Assembly (NCBI GenBank): GCA_001642005.1
Contig: LWCA01000095.1
Span: forward strand, 1 to 55,324
Source: Intoshia linei
Lineage: Eukaryota > Animalia > Orthonectida
Length of the DNA: 55,324 bases
Direction: 5' to 3'
Part shown: positions 24,501 through 37,334 of the stretch, piece after piece
How the letters are laid out: each line of letters opens with the position of its first letter
Numbering within the stretch: position 1 is the stretch's first letter
Notes under the pieces: generated by a model
The model's database searches: none
The model's input: only the letters and a program-made list of their open reading frames with translations
Told to the model about the DNA's origin: nothing
Made by a program: the position numbers and the translations under genes

Positions 24501-27078
24501 GAATAATTTCACGGTCCGAAAATTAAAAAAAAATTCTTCTGGTAGAGCTTATTCCAGCTGATATAAATACAAAAGTTCAACGCGAGAAATCTACGTATTC
24601 CCGATGAAAAATAATTTTTAATATATTATCAACCAATATTTTTCAAATATTTCGAATTAAAATAAAAATGAAAATAAAATATTGATCCTACAATTTCAAA
24701 AAAAATGTCCATTGAACATAATTTAGAATCAATCCGTAAAATGTTAACTTTTAAAATGTAAATGCGAATTAAATATCTGACTTGAGTTCAAAATGATTGG
24801 CCCCATGTACTCTACGAAAAAAATTTAATATGAATAGGAAGGTAATGTAAGTCAACTACAAATAAAAATAAGGATGTATAGCAGTGGTTCTCAACATACT
24901 TCGCAGTTGGTAATCCTAAACCAAAAAAAATATAATTTAGTACCCCATAATAATTTCTATTTATTGTAACTATGATTCTATGTGAATTAAAAAAAATAAA
25001 TAGTTAGTTGAACTCTACTTCATCAAAAATAGATACATAAATGTATTATGAACTTTTAAAAATATTTATAATTTATGAATCATAAAGTGTGAGTTATAGG
25101 ATGAGACGAACTGGTACCCCTAGGGGGTACCAGTATCCCCATTTGAGAACCGCTGATGTATAGACTAAACTAGGTTTCTATAAAATTTGCATTGATATGG
25201 ATCACAATTATAATTAATTATCAAGTAACAATTTGAATAACAACTGTAAAATGTAACTTTATATAACCTAGTAGAGATGAGACCCTGAGCTGGTACGCAT
25301 TAAAAAATATAATTATTTGTAATTTAATTTATTATTAAATTTGATACGCTAATAGTGAAGCGTTAATAACAAGTAAAATTAAATAAAACATTATTATTAT
25401 GAATATCAAGATTTAATTTAGACACATATCTAAATTTCAATAACTAACAGTAATAAATAAAATTGGCAATATTATTTGCAAATATACAAATTGACATTAT
25501 AAGTTAATAATTTGAACTTAAATTAAATAGAAAATATTTAAATTTATAATTATAAATTTAGACATTCAATATCAGTTTGTAGTATTAAGACAATGTGATA
25601 CTGAAAAGGTGTAAATAGCAACAAATTAATATAATATAAAGGTTATATTTCTACATTAAAAATTAGATAAAGATGCAAAACCCGCCTTACTATAATATTG
25701 GTTAAAAATTACCCATAATGTCAGAAATATCTTCCTCCAAATTAAGAGTAATACAAAGACCGATATGACTAATTTTGAGTCGGTTAGTATAGGATATTTT
25801 TTTGACAAGGTTCTCTCTATTGGCAATAATGTCAGAAATTGTTCGAATGTTTTTAGACTTTTTTTGCATTTTTAACCTGAAAAATTCTTGATATCTTCTA
25901 TAAATGGACCTGGATTTTAAATTTTTGTTGATAAAATTGTCATCGCTGATTTTAAACAATTTCCCGCTGTTTTTTTCGATTATAGAGATAACATTATAAG
26001 ATAAATTTTTTCTAGACCTTGAAAATAAGTCAATTGTATCATTAAACAGGGATATATCATGTTTTTTGGCAATTTCTGAGGTTATATGAGGATTTACATT
26101 GAACAAAATTTCATGAGATTTTTCCATTGATAAAGATTGTGTAGAAAAAACTACTCCATTTGAAGTCTGTAAGAGAACAATAGGTTTAGCTCGACTATAC
26201 AAACTTCCTAACATGTCTTTTTTTTCGGTAATATGTAAAACATCATTCAAGTTGAGTTTTCGAGTGGAAAGTATATTTTTTGTGGCAGGACAAGGAGTAC
26301 TGGAATAGTTATTTCTTCGGGATATATCAAAGTTTTGGTTATAGAGGTCATAATCATCAAAAAAGTAAATTTTTTTAAATACATTATCACTGTAGACAGT
26401 TCTTCGATTTGTCTTAAAACAAGCATACATGTTCAAATCAATGTTTAAATTATAAGGGTGTACGATTAAATCATCAAAATTGTAAATAGTACAATGTGAA
26501 AAGCGATTTTTGGTAGGGTTAAATTGCATTTTATTTTTTATTTTAGTAGTTTCGTTTGAAAACTGATAATTTTCTTCAATTTTGTGGTTGAGTGATTGCG
26601 GAGGAGTTAATTTTCCAGGTAAATCCCTATCGGTAATGTTAGTAGTAGGAACATGGCATTTTTTGTCAGGTTCAATTACGCCAGCATCCAATAAATTGGT
26701 TAGACTGACAGATTTGGGTTCAACAGATTCAACATTTTCAGCATCATTATCATTTGATTCGAATTTTAAATTGACATTTTCATATCGAGCTCTAATATGA
26801 AAATTTACATTAGATTCTCGAAAATCTGCCAGATTTGAAGTGGAAATTTTCCATTTTGCGGATGTTTCCGAAATTTTATGAGAAATCGGTTCAGACTCAA
26901 CGCTATGATTCCCCTTGGATTCGCAGGTTGAATGACAATGATCAAGTGCACACTTATCATTTTTCAATGAATTGGTGCAAATAGTATTCATATAATTATT
27001 TCTTTTAATATTATGTATTTTGGTTAGTCTTCGTTTGTTTTTTGAAGCTGAAGTATCAATTAAAGGAGATATTTTCAT
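18600..27078 (-). CDS. RPTOR: Divergent, enlarged Raptor/KOG1-like protein (RNC + armadillo + WD40), about 9 exons, roughly 1,950-2,000 aa
   Basis: Exon 1 (27078-25713) ends in RLKISHIGLCITLNL, like RMKTVSVALVLCLNV. It splices in phase 1 to exon 2 (23485-19682), which has HCWTD..LKKQYMMWCPRSRY..CVSLRRDA..RVLFHY, LPTDMFTSCMTTP, LGDLHWIF, ARWIGVR and LCNDP. Seven short WD40 exons follow (19640-19527, 19490-19390, 19354-19227, from 19186, VMMWDFR, SLKFHPSL, and last exon 18656-18600 ending DGHVQIYGQY*). Confidence 0.9.
24250..24700 (+). repeat. Family A copy in Raptor intron 1
   Basis: Near-continuous similarity to 5560-5990 and 52715-53001. Confidence 0.88.
24882..25155. mobile_element. hAT MITE in Raptor intron 1
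   Basis: TIRs CAGTGGTTCTCAA / TTGAGAACCGCTG; exact TSD ATGTATAG on both sides; subterminal palindrome ACTGGTACCCCTAGGGGGTACCAGT. Confidence 0.92.
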
Positions 27079-28054
27079 AAATTAATAGTTTCCAACTTGC
27101 GTATCTAAATTGAGATATTAAAAATCAATAGTGCAAAACATAAAACATAATTAAGGCTTTGTAAAATTTTCATTCATTTCTAATTGAATTATATGATGAC
27201 CGATCAACAATGTTGTTAGGCTATTAGTGATGAACAATTAACATAATTTAAAACTGAATTATATTATACATCACTAGCTGGTAACTGTACAAGTCGTATA
27301 CTTATGTGCGATTTACACTAAAATTGGCGCAGTTCCAAATATTTTATACACAACCAGTATTAATTATCGACATATTGGCGTTCTTCTATTTGTACAATAC
27401 TAACTTTGTTTCTAACGTAGTAACGACATTGATAATGTAAAAATAAAACCACCTGTGTTACTTTTACATTACATTTATATACACATATGACGTTTATATC
27501 ATTTAGTTTAAAAATACTTATACGGTTTGTAGGATTTTCATTTTTGTTATTCTTTATTCTTTTTGTTCAAATATCAGATGTAGTTATTAAAACTTGTGTA
27601 TTTTCTTAATTTAAAATGTAAAATAAGTAATTCGCAGACAAATTCTTTTTGTTGATATTTATAATTGATGCAGATTACGAAATTTACACTCTTATTACGT
27701 CTAGATCGTACTATAATGCAGACTACTTATAAGCGAATATGAATAAACCTTTTGGTTAAATTATTCAATTACATTTTTTGTATTATGTCTGCACTTTTGT
27801 CTAGACACAATTTCAAATTTGTTACATTCTTGCCTAAATTTTATTACAATCGTGTAAAATTTTTCATATTCTATCCTTCAACACCTTATGACAGCTTTTG
27901 TCCAACTGGATGCCGCGGTACCTAAGCCTAGGTATCTAGACACGAGATACTTTGATTTTTTCTACAAATAGATTTTTCAGGTATTATAGGTGTAATACAG
28001 ATAATAATGTAGTACAATATGATATATCACACTATGGTTCATTTATATAAACAC

Positions 28055-28146
28055 TAGTGTATATTCATATACGGACCATTTTATAACATATATAATGCCA
28101 TGTAATACAATCAAAAGTTAAAATGGTCCGTATATGAATTGCACTG
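28055..28146. mobile_element. About 92-bp pogo/Tigger-like hairpin MITE
   Basis: AGTGTATATTCATATACGGACCATTTTA ... TAAAATGGTCCGTATATGAATTGCACT inverted repeat; TSD degenerate. Confidence 0.7.
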
Positions 28147-29335
28147 CACAACTCTGTATTAAATATATTAATATTATATCAATATACAGTAGTATTTTTA
28201 AAATTTGAACAATTACAAAATAATTATTCTTTGAAATTTTTTTACTTCTGCAGGGGTGAAGTTAAAAAGTTAGCGACCGCTGCCTTACGGCCCTGCGACC
28301 ACCGGGTTATGTATATTTTAAATCTTCATACCATTGGTATCATCCCGTTTAAAATCAATGTACAATCAATTCCACTTTAAAAGTATGTTGTAACTAATAT
28401 TATACAAATATAGTACTATGAGAAGTCCTGGTTTACAAATTAATCATGAATAACTTGCATAATGAAGACGTTATTATTAGAATATCACCTATCAGGATAT
28501 TTTAATTTATTTATTTTTATGATTGATTTATTACAATAATGAATATATTTAAAATATGTATTATACATTACATTACATACTATATAATACATAATGTGAG
28601 GTTGGTCATGTTTGATTGATTTATATTTAATTTTAAATTAAAACAAAATTTATTTATAAAAACTACAATAGTTCATATTTTTAATTATATATACTATATC
28701 TTCTAAAATTTCGACTCTGGAGGCAGCAATCTCAATAAATTGTTAATATGTGCACTGCACATTGTGCTCGTTAATCAAGAAATAATGGTTATTAATCATT
28801 TCTATTTGTATTCATAATTCATCAAAATTTAATTGATTTAAAATAAATTAACTCATATTCTCTCAGTGTGACCATATAATCCAGTGATTTTATAAAGTGA
28901 TTGGTACTTTTAAGTTTTTATTAAACTAAAACAGTGCCGAACCTACCGTACCAAGAAACCCCTCTTCGAGGCCTCGATGAAATTTGTGTAAAATGGTGGC
29001 CTCATTTTTCCAAATTGAGCATTAAAAAGATAATATTCTTGAATATCGTAACTATTTTGTGTGTTAAATTTAAAATATCAAGTCGCTCTTAACTTAACCT
29101 TACAGAGTTCGTTAGGGCTATATGAAACTATACATAGTTTGTGAAATTTTTTTTAAAAGCCTATTTTTTATTTTCCTCAAATATTATCTTAATCTTAATC
29201 AAACTTTACCTCAAATAGATGTGTAGTGTTACAAGTTAATTAAAATAACTTCTACTTTAAACTGAATTTAAATAAAAAAATTTTATTAAAATTTACAATA
29301 TTTACATAACACCAAAACAATGTGATCATTCGAAA

Positions 29336-30742
29336 TTATTGTATTATAGAGTTAATTGATATATTACCAAATTTGTATACCAACCTTTGACCTTCAACTT
29401 TTTTTAGTATTCCGCGAGCATAATAATACCTAAATATGCAAAATATAAATTAATATATTTAATTAATTTTTCATGTTAATTTATATAGATCAGATTATAA
29501 GGATATATTTATATTCCAGGTACTAGTATGCCAACTGCCCATCCCTGTATGGGTAAAGTATATTTTCTGGTAGAATCAATATTGAAGAATTAAATTTTAC
29601 AACCAGGAAAAAAATATTAATGTTTAATGTTTTTTCATATTTTTGTATTTTGCGATCGCCCCAAATTTTAAAATAAAAACCTATACTGCTCTGTTAATCC
29701 CCTTTGTTAAATGTTGTATTATACTAAGTGTATATTTCAGTTTAAAATATCAAATCACCTCATGGCTCGTCCAATAGTTTCATAAGTCATTTGAGGTTTA
29801 TTTTTCTGCTGACCCCATAACTTTGCAATCATTTTGGTATTAACAAGTTTAAAAGATTTTTCGGTTTTATCTGTCCACAAAATATATTTTGGGTTGTACT
29901 CGTCATTATTTAAGCATTTTAATAAAAATTCCCATAAATACAAACCTAAAATTAAAAATTTAAAACATTAAAATGATCAATACCTCTAATCCTAGAATTT
30001 TTATTTTCGTTATTTTCGTTATTTTCTTTATTTTCTTTATTTTTGTCTAATTTATAGACTTTTTGTTTATCATAAAGTAAATTATTCTTCTTTTTATTAT
30101 TAAAGTAGCAAATCTCCGAAGTATTCTTTGCAGATGAATATTTGGGTTTTTTCAAACAGTTATTTTCAAGTTCATATTTTTTTAAATGAGTAGTTTTTAT
30201 ATCTTGAGTTTGTCGAGCACAACTTGGTAAATCATTTTGAATAATTTTGGCTTTTTCTTTGTTTAAAAATTTAAATTTAGTTTCACTATTTCGTATACAA
30301 TTTGTTTTTGTAAATGTACGAGTTGTATTTATTAATGATGTATTTTGTTGATGATTCAATATAATTTTATAATAATTATTGGAATTATTTTGTTTAAATT
30401 TAATTTTGCTCTTACACGCGGAATACGAATATGTTAATGGCTTCTTATTAAGTATATTTTTATATTCATTAGTATCCAATATATAATTACAGCTTTTTGA
30501 ATGTTGCAATGAATCAAATTTTAAGTACTCTTCTTCGACATTACTACAATTTACGTATGGCAAGAATTGACTGGATTCTAGTTCATTTTTTTCCCCTCTT
30601 TTTAAACTTTCAAAATAGTTTTCATCAGTTTTGAAATCAAATTCATCAGAAAAAATACAATCGGTTTTTGTTTTTTGTTCGTTTTTGATGGATACATTTG
30701 AACTACTTTTTATCTCCAATATTTCTTGTTTCAATTTGTAAT
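29336..30742 (-). CDS. ETS-domain transcription factor, ELF/E74 subfamily (3' exons including the complete ETS domain)
   Basis: Exons 30742-29984, 29945-29759 (LYLWEFLLKCL..PKYILWT..FKLVNTKMIAKLWGQQKNKPQMTYETIGRAM) and 29429-29336 (RYYYARGILKKVEGQRLVYKFG...*). YLWEFLL, YETxGRAxRYYY and GILxKVEGQRLVY are characteristic of ELF/E74. Confidence 0.93.
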
Positions 30743-31769
30743 CTAAATAATTAAATTATTATTTTATCTTGATTTACAATATAAACATTAATACTTTAAA
30801 GAAATTGGACCATAATTATTAATTGATTGTGTAAATGTAAAATTTTTTAATATTAAGAATAATTAATTTATAATTATAAACAAAAATTAATCAGGCAAAT
30901 AATAGCGGATTGACTGTATATGAAATGGAAATGGTAAGGTTTTCTAAGTTACTAGTTTGCCCGTAGTGAGTTAAATATGGTAAATTAAATATTAGCGTAA
31001 GGCAATTTTAGAAATTCATAGTTGACCCGGTCAACTTGACCGTGTGTTGTAAATTACAACAAATCATTGACATACACATTTTTCGACGTGATTTGACAAC
31101 AAAATTTAAAAAATCACTAACCAAGGAATATATCATTCCATTCCACTCCTTTTATTCATTAAAATATCCTTAGTTTATTAAAAAATTTTATATTGCTGGT
31201 AGACAACTGTCACCAGCTGATACTATTATTGGTACCAGCATTTCAGTCAGCCCTGTAAATATGATTATTTAAAGGATATTTTATTTTCAACTTATGTTCG
31301 TATAAAATAACCAAATGTTTTTTAGGGTCAATTCAATAATGTTTAAACATTTGGGTTTATATTTGTGTAGGGACTATTCCTTTAAACACAATCAAATTTT
31401 TCGGACAAAAAGAATTAAAATTTTTTACTTACTGGATGAGCCGTAATAATGATGTTAATTTATTTTGAGTGGGCCGTAACAGTAAAAAGTTTGGAAAACG
31501 TTGTCTTAGGATATGGGAATAATAAAAATTAGAATAAATTAATTATTTAATCAAAATTATATAGTTTTAAGGAAAGAACATATCAAAAGTATTTGTAAAA
31601 ATAAATTTATAATTATAAGATTATTTGTAATTTGCTTTAAAGTTAAGATAAATTTAATTATGTCAATAAAATAAATGCATATTAAAATGACGAAGTTCAA
31701 TCTTAGAATCTTTTATCTTACTCTTCAAAAACGCTAATTATCCTTTTTTTAAAAATCAAACGAGTTTTA

Positions 31770-33349
31770 CACTCCGTCCACTAATTTTAAAGACCACATG
31801 ATATTGCGACATAGCTTCCTTATCCGTCAATATATTTTTTAAAATTGGCATACCATATAAGCATGTCAATATGTTGTCATCGTGAAAAAATATTTTTAAA
31901 AAACTAAAATTAAAAAAGTTATTAATAAAATAGTTAAAATCACATTAAATAACGTGTTCACAATTATAACAACGCTAATCATAATTAAACTATAATTACA
32001 TAGTATGTATACAATTATTATGAATTTTATATTTTTTATTAAGATAGAATATGCCTTAAGGTCTTAAATTGTCGGAAAACGAAAAAATTTTTATTATTGG
32101 AGCAAAATACTGTCACAATCAAAAGCGCAGGTCTTATAAAAAATAGCTGCTCGTTTAAACCGTAATTTTTTAACAAATAGACCATTCCATAGTGATTGAT
32201 CATTTTTAAGTTATACCCAAGGATATGACGATAGAAGAAAAATATCTGATGTTAAGCCTAGACTCTCTGATAGAATAAAAAGGACGATCATAAATGAGGT
32301 GAAATCTAATCCTGCACAAAAAGTAAGGGTGTTGCTGCAATTATGAGCCAAAAAAGATTAAAAGTATCTAAATCTTCGGTTCACAATGTGGTCAAAGCAA
32401 CCCAAATATTATTCTAGTTAGATCTAAACCAAAACTTCCAATCCTTCCAAGGCATAAGTTTGCAAGAGTAAAATGGGCAGAGCTTTATCTTAAGAAAAAA
32501 ATAGATACAAAATATATCATTTGGACAGACGAAAAAATATTTAATTTGGATGGACCAGTTTATAACAATCATTATTGGCATGATTTGAGTGATAAAATTT
32601 CTGAAAGAGTGAATGGAGGGTTAGGCGGAGGAGGTATTATGATTTGTGGCGCTTTTTCCAGCGGAGGTATTAAATGTACTGTCAAAGTTGACGGTAGTAT
32701 AAATTCAATCAAATACCAAAGTATTTTAGAGAAAAACCTCATCCATATTCTTTCTACTAGCGACAAATTGAAGAAAAATTTAGTGTTTCAACAAGATAAT
32801 GGCAGTTGTCACACGTCTTGCTTAACAAAAACGTTTTTAAATAATCATTTTACTGATATTATGGAGTGGCTTGCTCTCTATCCAGATGATAATTCTATTT
32901 AAAACGTATGGGGTATCATGTCCACACAACTCTATGCTGGAAATAAATAATATAGTAATCTAGGTGAACTACGAATAGTGATAATAAGTACATGGCGGAC
33001 CATCGCTGATGCAAAGTTTATTAAACCGGCAAACTCAATTCAAATCGAAATATTGAAAGTAGGAGGGTAGCGAATTGACTATAGTCATTGTTTTTGAAAA
33101 CAATCATTATGTAATTTATGTAGCAATAATAATAAAACATAGTGTTATAATTGTGGATACGTTATTTATTGTAATTTTAACTATTTTATTAATAACTTTT
33201 TTTATTTTGGTTTTTTTAAAAATAATTGTTGATGGTTGCAACGTTGTGACGTGCTTATACTGCATGTCAATTTTCAAAAATATTTCTTTATTGATGACGA
33301 ATCTATGTCATAATATCAAATGTTGTCTTTAAAATTACTGAACGGAGTG
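31770..33349 (+). mobile_element. Tc1/Tc3-like DD34E transposon, full length but inactivated, in the presumed ETS intron
   Basis: About 210-bp imperfect TIRs (TA|CACTCCGTCCACTAATTTTAAAGAC ... GTCTTTAAAATTACTGAACGGAGTG). Transposase relic from 32051 (MP*GLKLSENEK) through WTDEKIFNLDGP and FQQDNGSCH to YPDDNSI*NVWG. There are 34 residues between the second D and the E position, which is now TAA. Confidence 0.93.
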
Positions 33350-34646
33350 AATACCATACATTATCTCCAGATATAACACACAAAAAATTTTGATCTCACA
33401 AAGTGACGTCTTCACGTTCAAAATTCACTTTTATAATCAAAATACTTGAATACAGATAGATAGACAGATTAATTTTAGATGAATTTAAAAATAAATTAGG
33501 TGGAGAATGCCATAAAAGGAAAGTTTTCATAGTAGAATCATTTTTTATGAAGAATTCATTATTAATATGAAAAAGACACTATAATTTTCTAAATTGATTG
33601 AGCCTGATTTAATGCAATTATAATTTACATATTGTTAATAATAAATATTATATATCAGATTTATCGTCATTTTTATCGACTTGTTTAGCTAAACTTCAGC
33701 CATTTATGGAAATTTTACAAAATGTAAACATTTAAAATAAATACCACACTATTCATTCATTTGTAGGAGCCGTCAAGGTTTAAATCGAATAATACTACAT
33801 TTTGCGTATATGTTAACATCCGTTAGGATTTTCACTCAATCTATGCTATATCGTGGATTCAAAAAAGATTAAATAAGTTAAATTTTCATTTTTCTCTGGA
33901 ATGCATTGTAAGAATTTTGGGTAATATTATTTTTTTCCTTTTATTATAAGACCTTAATTTATTATTTTACATGGTTATCTAATTTTGATAAGTGTCCCAA
34001 AAACCGAGGATAATCATAAAAATACATTTTAGTGTCGCTTTTAGCTACATAACGTGGTTTGGTGGCCACTATTATAAACAAATATTAATTGTGATTGTGT
34101 TGAAAACAGGTAAAGAAAAATATGAATTTTACATGTATTATTATTATTATTACTATGGACGAAAAACTTTAGGGGCATTAATGGTTTCTTCAAAGTATTA
34201 TATCTGATACCGATAAACACACTACCTTGATGATGATGAATACATAGAACCGATGAAGACAAGGACTAATAGACTTATTACCGTAATAATCATAAAAATC
34301 CCACTATTTCTAATAATTATAACCTAATGAGCCAATAATTAATAAAGAACAACCGTTATATAAACGTAAAATACAAAAGCGTATAAATATGTCATTTCAG
34401 ATATTCCATAATTATATCATGAAAATTGACAAAAGTAAAACTAATAACCCTGAACCACCTATAAAAGTCTCAAAAACAGTATATCTCATCAAAAAATGAA
34501 AGAAGCATTATATTATGGATTTTCCAGAAGAAATACAATTTTAATTTAACAAGATTCTTATGAGGCTGCTACAATTTTATCACAATGTAAATCTGATTTT
34601 TTTTAGGATACAAAAAAATATATAAATAAAAATAAATCACTTAACC

Positions 34647-34928
34647 CAGTGCTTTCCAACCGGTGTCTCGTCAAACTTAAAATTTTATTTAATTTTTTTT
34701 AAATTCCATTAGCAGACAATACAATTGGAAGACGTAAAAATGCAAATCAAAGATATTTTTAGTATGATGATAAATTTTACATACTGTAGCTTATTTTCAG
34801 ATTATTCTTAGAAAAAAATTGGTTCAACTATATTCATTAATCAATCGTTTATTTTTTTGATTGGTGTGTCGCGAATTTTTTTAAGATTGAAATATGTGTC
34901 GCCAATCAAAAATGGTTGGAAAGCACTG
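34647..34928. mobile_element. hAT MITE
   Basis: TIRs CAGTGCTTTCCAACC / GGTTGGAAAGCACTG (perfect 15 bp); TSD ACTTAACC / AGCTAACC (6 of 8). Confidence 0.88.
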
Positions 34929-36968
34929 AGCTAACCCTTTCTCCTTGTAAGAGAAATGTCTATCACCATTAAACTTAAGTTTATTAATATTTAATGACTA
35001 ACTTGACTGTTATATACTTCGTACAAACAGCATCTAACTATGCCGAAGGGGGACTTTGAAAATTTTTAATTTTACTAAAAAAATAAATTAAATATTAAAA
35101 TCTTACTAATCTTAAAAATGCTACTATTCATTAAAAGCAGACATTCTGTGCACCTCTACGATGATATTGAAAAAATAGTATATACGTTACATTCTTTATT
35201 TATATAAAGTTTAATGGGTGTTTTTTACCGGTTATTTAAAAACCCTACTAACTAATACAGTTTTTCAAGAGTGATGTAGCATCTCAAATTTAATTGTCAG
35301 AAATTGACTTCTTCAGGATAAAAACTCGAATTTTATTATTTTAAAAATAAAATCAGCTTTAAAATTTAAAAAATATATATTGTCAAACGCGTTAGAAAGT
35401 CATTAACATTGTTTTAAATCTCAGCCTCAGAAACTTATATTTTCATAGTCAAAATCCAAAATTAGCCTTTTTTTAAAGATGAAAAAAGTCGTAAAATTTT
35501 ACAAAACATAAATTCTGAGATATTTTTGAAAATCATAATCATTATCATAAATCGCAATCTTTAAAAATTGCACTTTTTGACAATCGGATCACGGTAAAAC
35601 AAGTTTTTGAACCATTCTTTCATCCGAAATGCATGATTGAAAAAACTATGTACCCCTCCCAGCAATTTTGCATTTGATATATGCCTGTCTAAATCAACAT
35701 ATACATTTTTTAATATTTTATATATGATACAGATTCGCAAGATCCGTCATAGGAAATAAATTTATTGGTAGATATTTAATATTTTCATTTTTGGGAAAAT
35801 ATAAAAGTCTCAACAATTTTGCAAGACAGAATATATAATTATTTATTGTTATTATTTATTTAATATATTAAACATCAATGATATAACCTCTGATTGGGAA
35901 TAAATTGCGTTATTTTTTAGTAAAGTCAATTTAAGGTTGAAATTTCGTATAATTTATACAAATGTTCAAAATGTCAAAAAAAGACACCTACAAAATTTGT
36001 GAAAACGATGCGTAATACCATATAGCCGTATCCACCTCTCCATAAGTCTGAACTAGACAGAGTAAATATGACGCAAAATAATAATGAAATTCAAAAATAT
36101 AGTGTTTTCAATTTTAAAAAATAAGGCCCACTTTAAAAAAATTTCCTTGACCCATAAGTGGAGTATCGAGTACTACTAATGATTTCTGTTAAAGAATTAT
36201 TTTTATAGATAATGATTAACTTAATGTCATCCATTTCATTTTCGATATGCCTTTCAAATTTATTTTAACCAGTAACGAATAAAAGTTTGCCACGTCTGCT
36301 CCTATTGACTCAGTGTGTTTGTGTACAATAAACATGATTTACTTTAAAATGATAAGTAAAACTTATCTGTTCTAAACAAAGGAAAGTAGGTAAAGATATA
36401 CGATAAAATATCATATCATGTATAGGGATGTAGACTTAAAAGGGTCTAACACTGACATAGACAGTAAGGTAAATAAATATGATAAACTCAAAATATTTTA
36501 AAATTATAAAGAGATATAAAATTAACATTTGTAATTATCGTTATTTTCGATTAAAACTCGAGTATACTATATTAAGTATACATATGAATCACTTTTATTC
36601 TTATTATTTCAAATCAAAAACAAAGCAAAATATTTTTGCATATCGCGTGTAAAAACAATGTAAATTGTACATTGTACAATATAGTGGTTAAAATTGTATA
36701 TAATATGGACTCCTTATACAAAACGTAATTGTAAAACTTTAATATAAAAGAAAATATTTTTTTATTTACACAATTCAAACTGTATCAAGATAACACAAGT
36801 TACTAGTCACAAGATAAATACTAATGAGACATTTATGTTAAACGCTTGCTTGTAAATATAATGTACAATGTAAAATAAATCTACTCGCATTATGCAAAAT
36901 ACAAAAGCAATAAATAAAAAATGGCATCATATGAAAAAATGATATTGATAAAATATTAATAACTTTAC

Positions 36969-37334
36969 CAATTCTTTCTTTATCCCAATTTCCCCACATA
37001 ACATCGGTGTATTTGGTCTTGGTTAAAATATTATTTAAATGATAATCTTTTTCTAATTGATTAGAATTAATGAAACTGTTTTGGCCCTTTTGGTAATTGT
37101 GTTCAGACGAAATTTGACCATCACATTGACTGTAAATGTGAATATTGTCATTTTTTAAGCAATATTTTTGACAAACCATGTTGGAATCATTATGAGACAT
37201 AAAATCCTATAAATAAAATTATTAATAAAAGGATGGAAATAAATCAAACTAAAAACAAGTACCTGATTCATATATTTGCAGTTATTATCCAAAGGAAACA
37301 AAAAATCTGTAATTTGATTAAACATGTCTTTCAT
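36969..37334 (-). CDS. Probable 5' exons of the ETS gene
   Basis: ATG at 37334; exon 37334-37263, a 56-nt GT-AG intron, then exon 37206-36969 ending at a G|GTAAAG donor in phase 1. This joins the acceptor at 30742 in frame (G+AT=Asp). Support is splice phase and open frames only, with no recognisable domain. Confidence 0.55.

Noticed and set aside
27320-27382. TTGGCG(C) E2F-like sites upstream of Raptor
   Set aside because: Too short and imperfect to support without functional data.
27905-27945. GC-rich hairpin followed by CTAG as a Helitron 3' end or tRNA
   Set aside because: No cloverleaf or A/B boxes, and no matching 5' end or second copy in the window.
33075-33332. 85-aa membrane-like ORF
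   Set aside because: Lies within the right TIR of the Tc3-like element.
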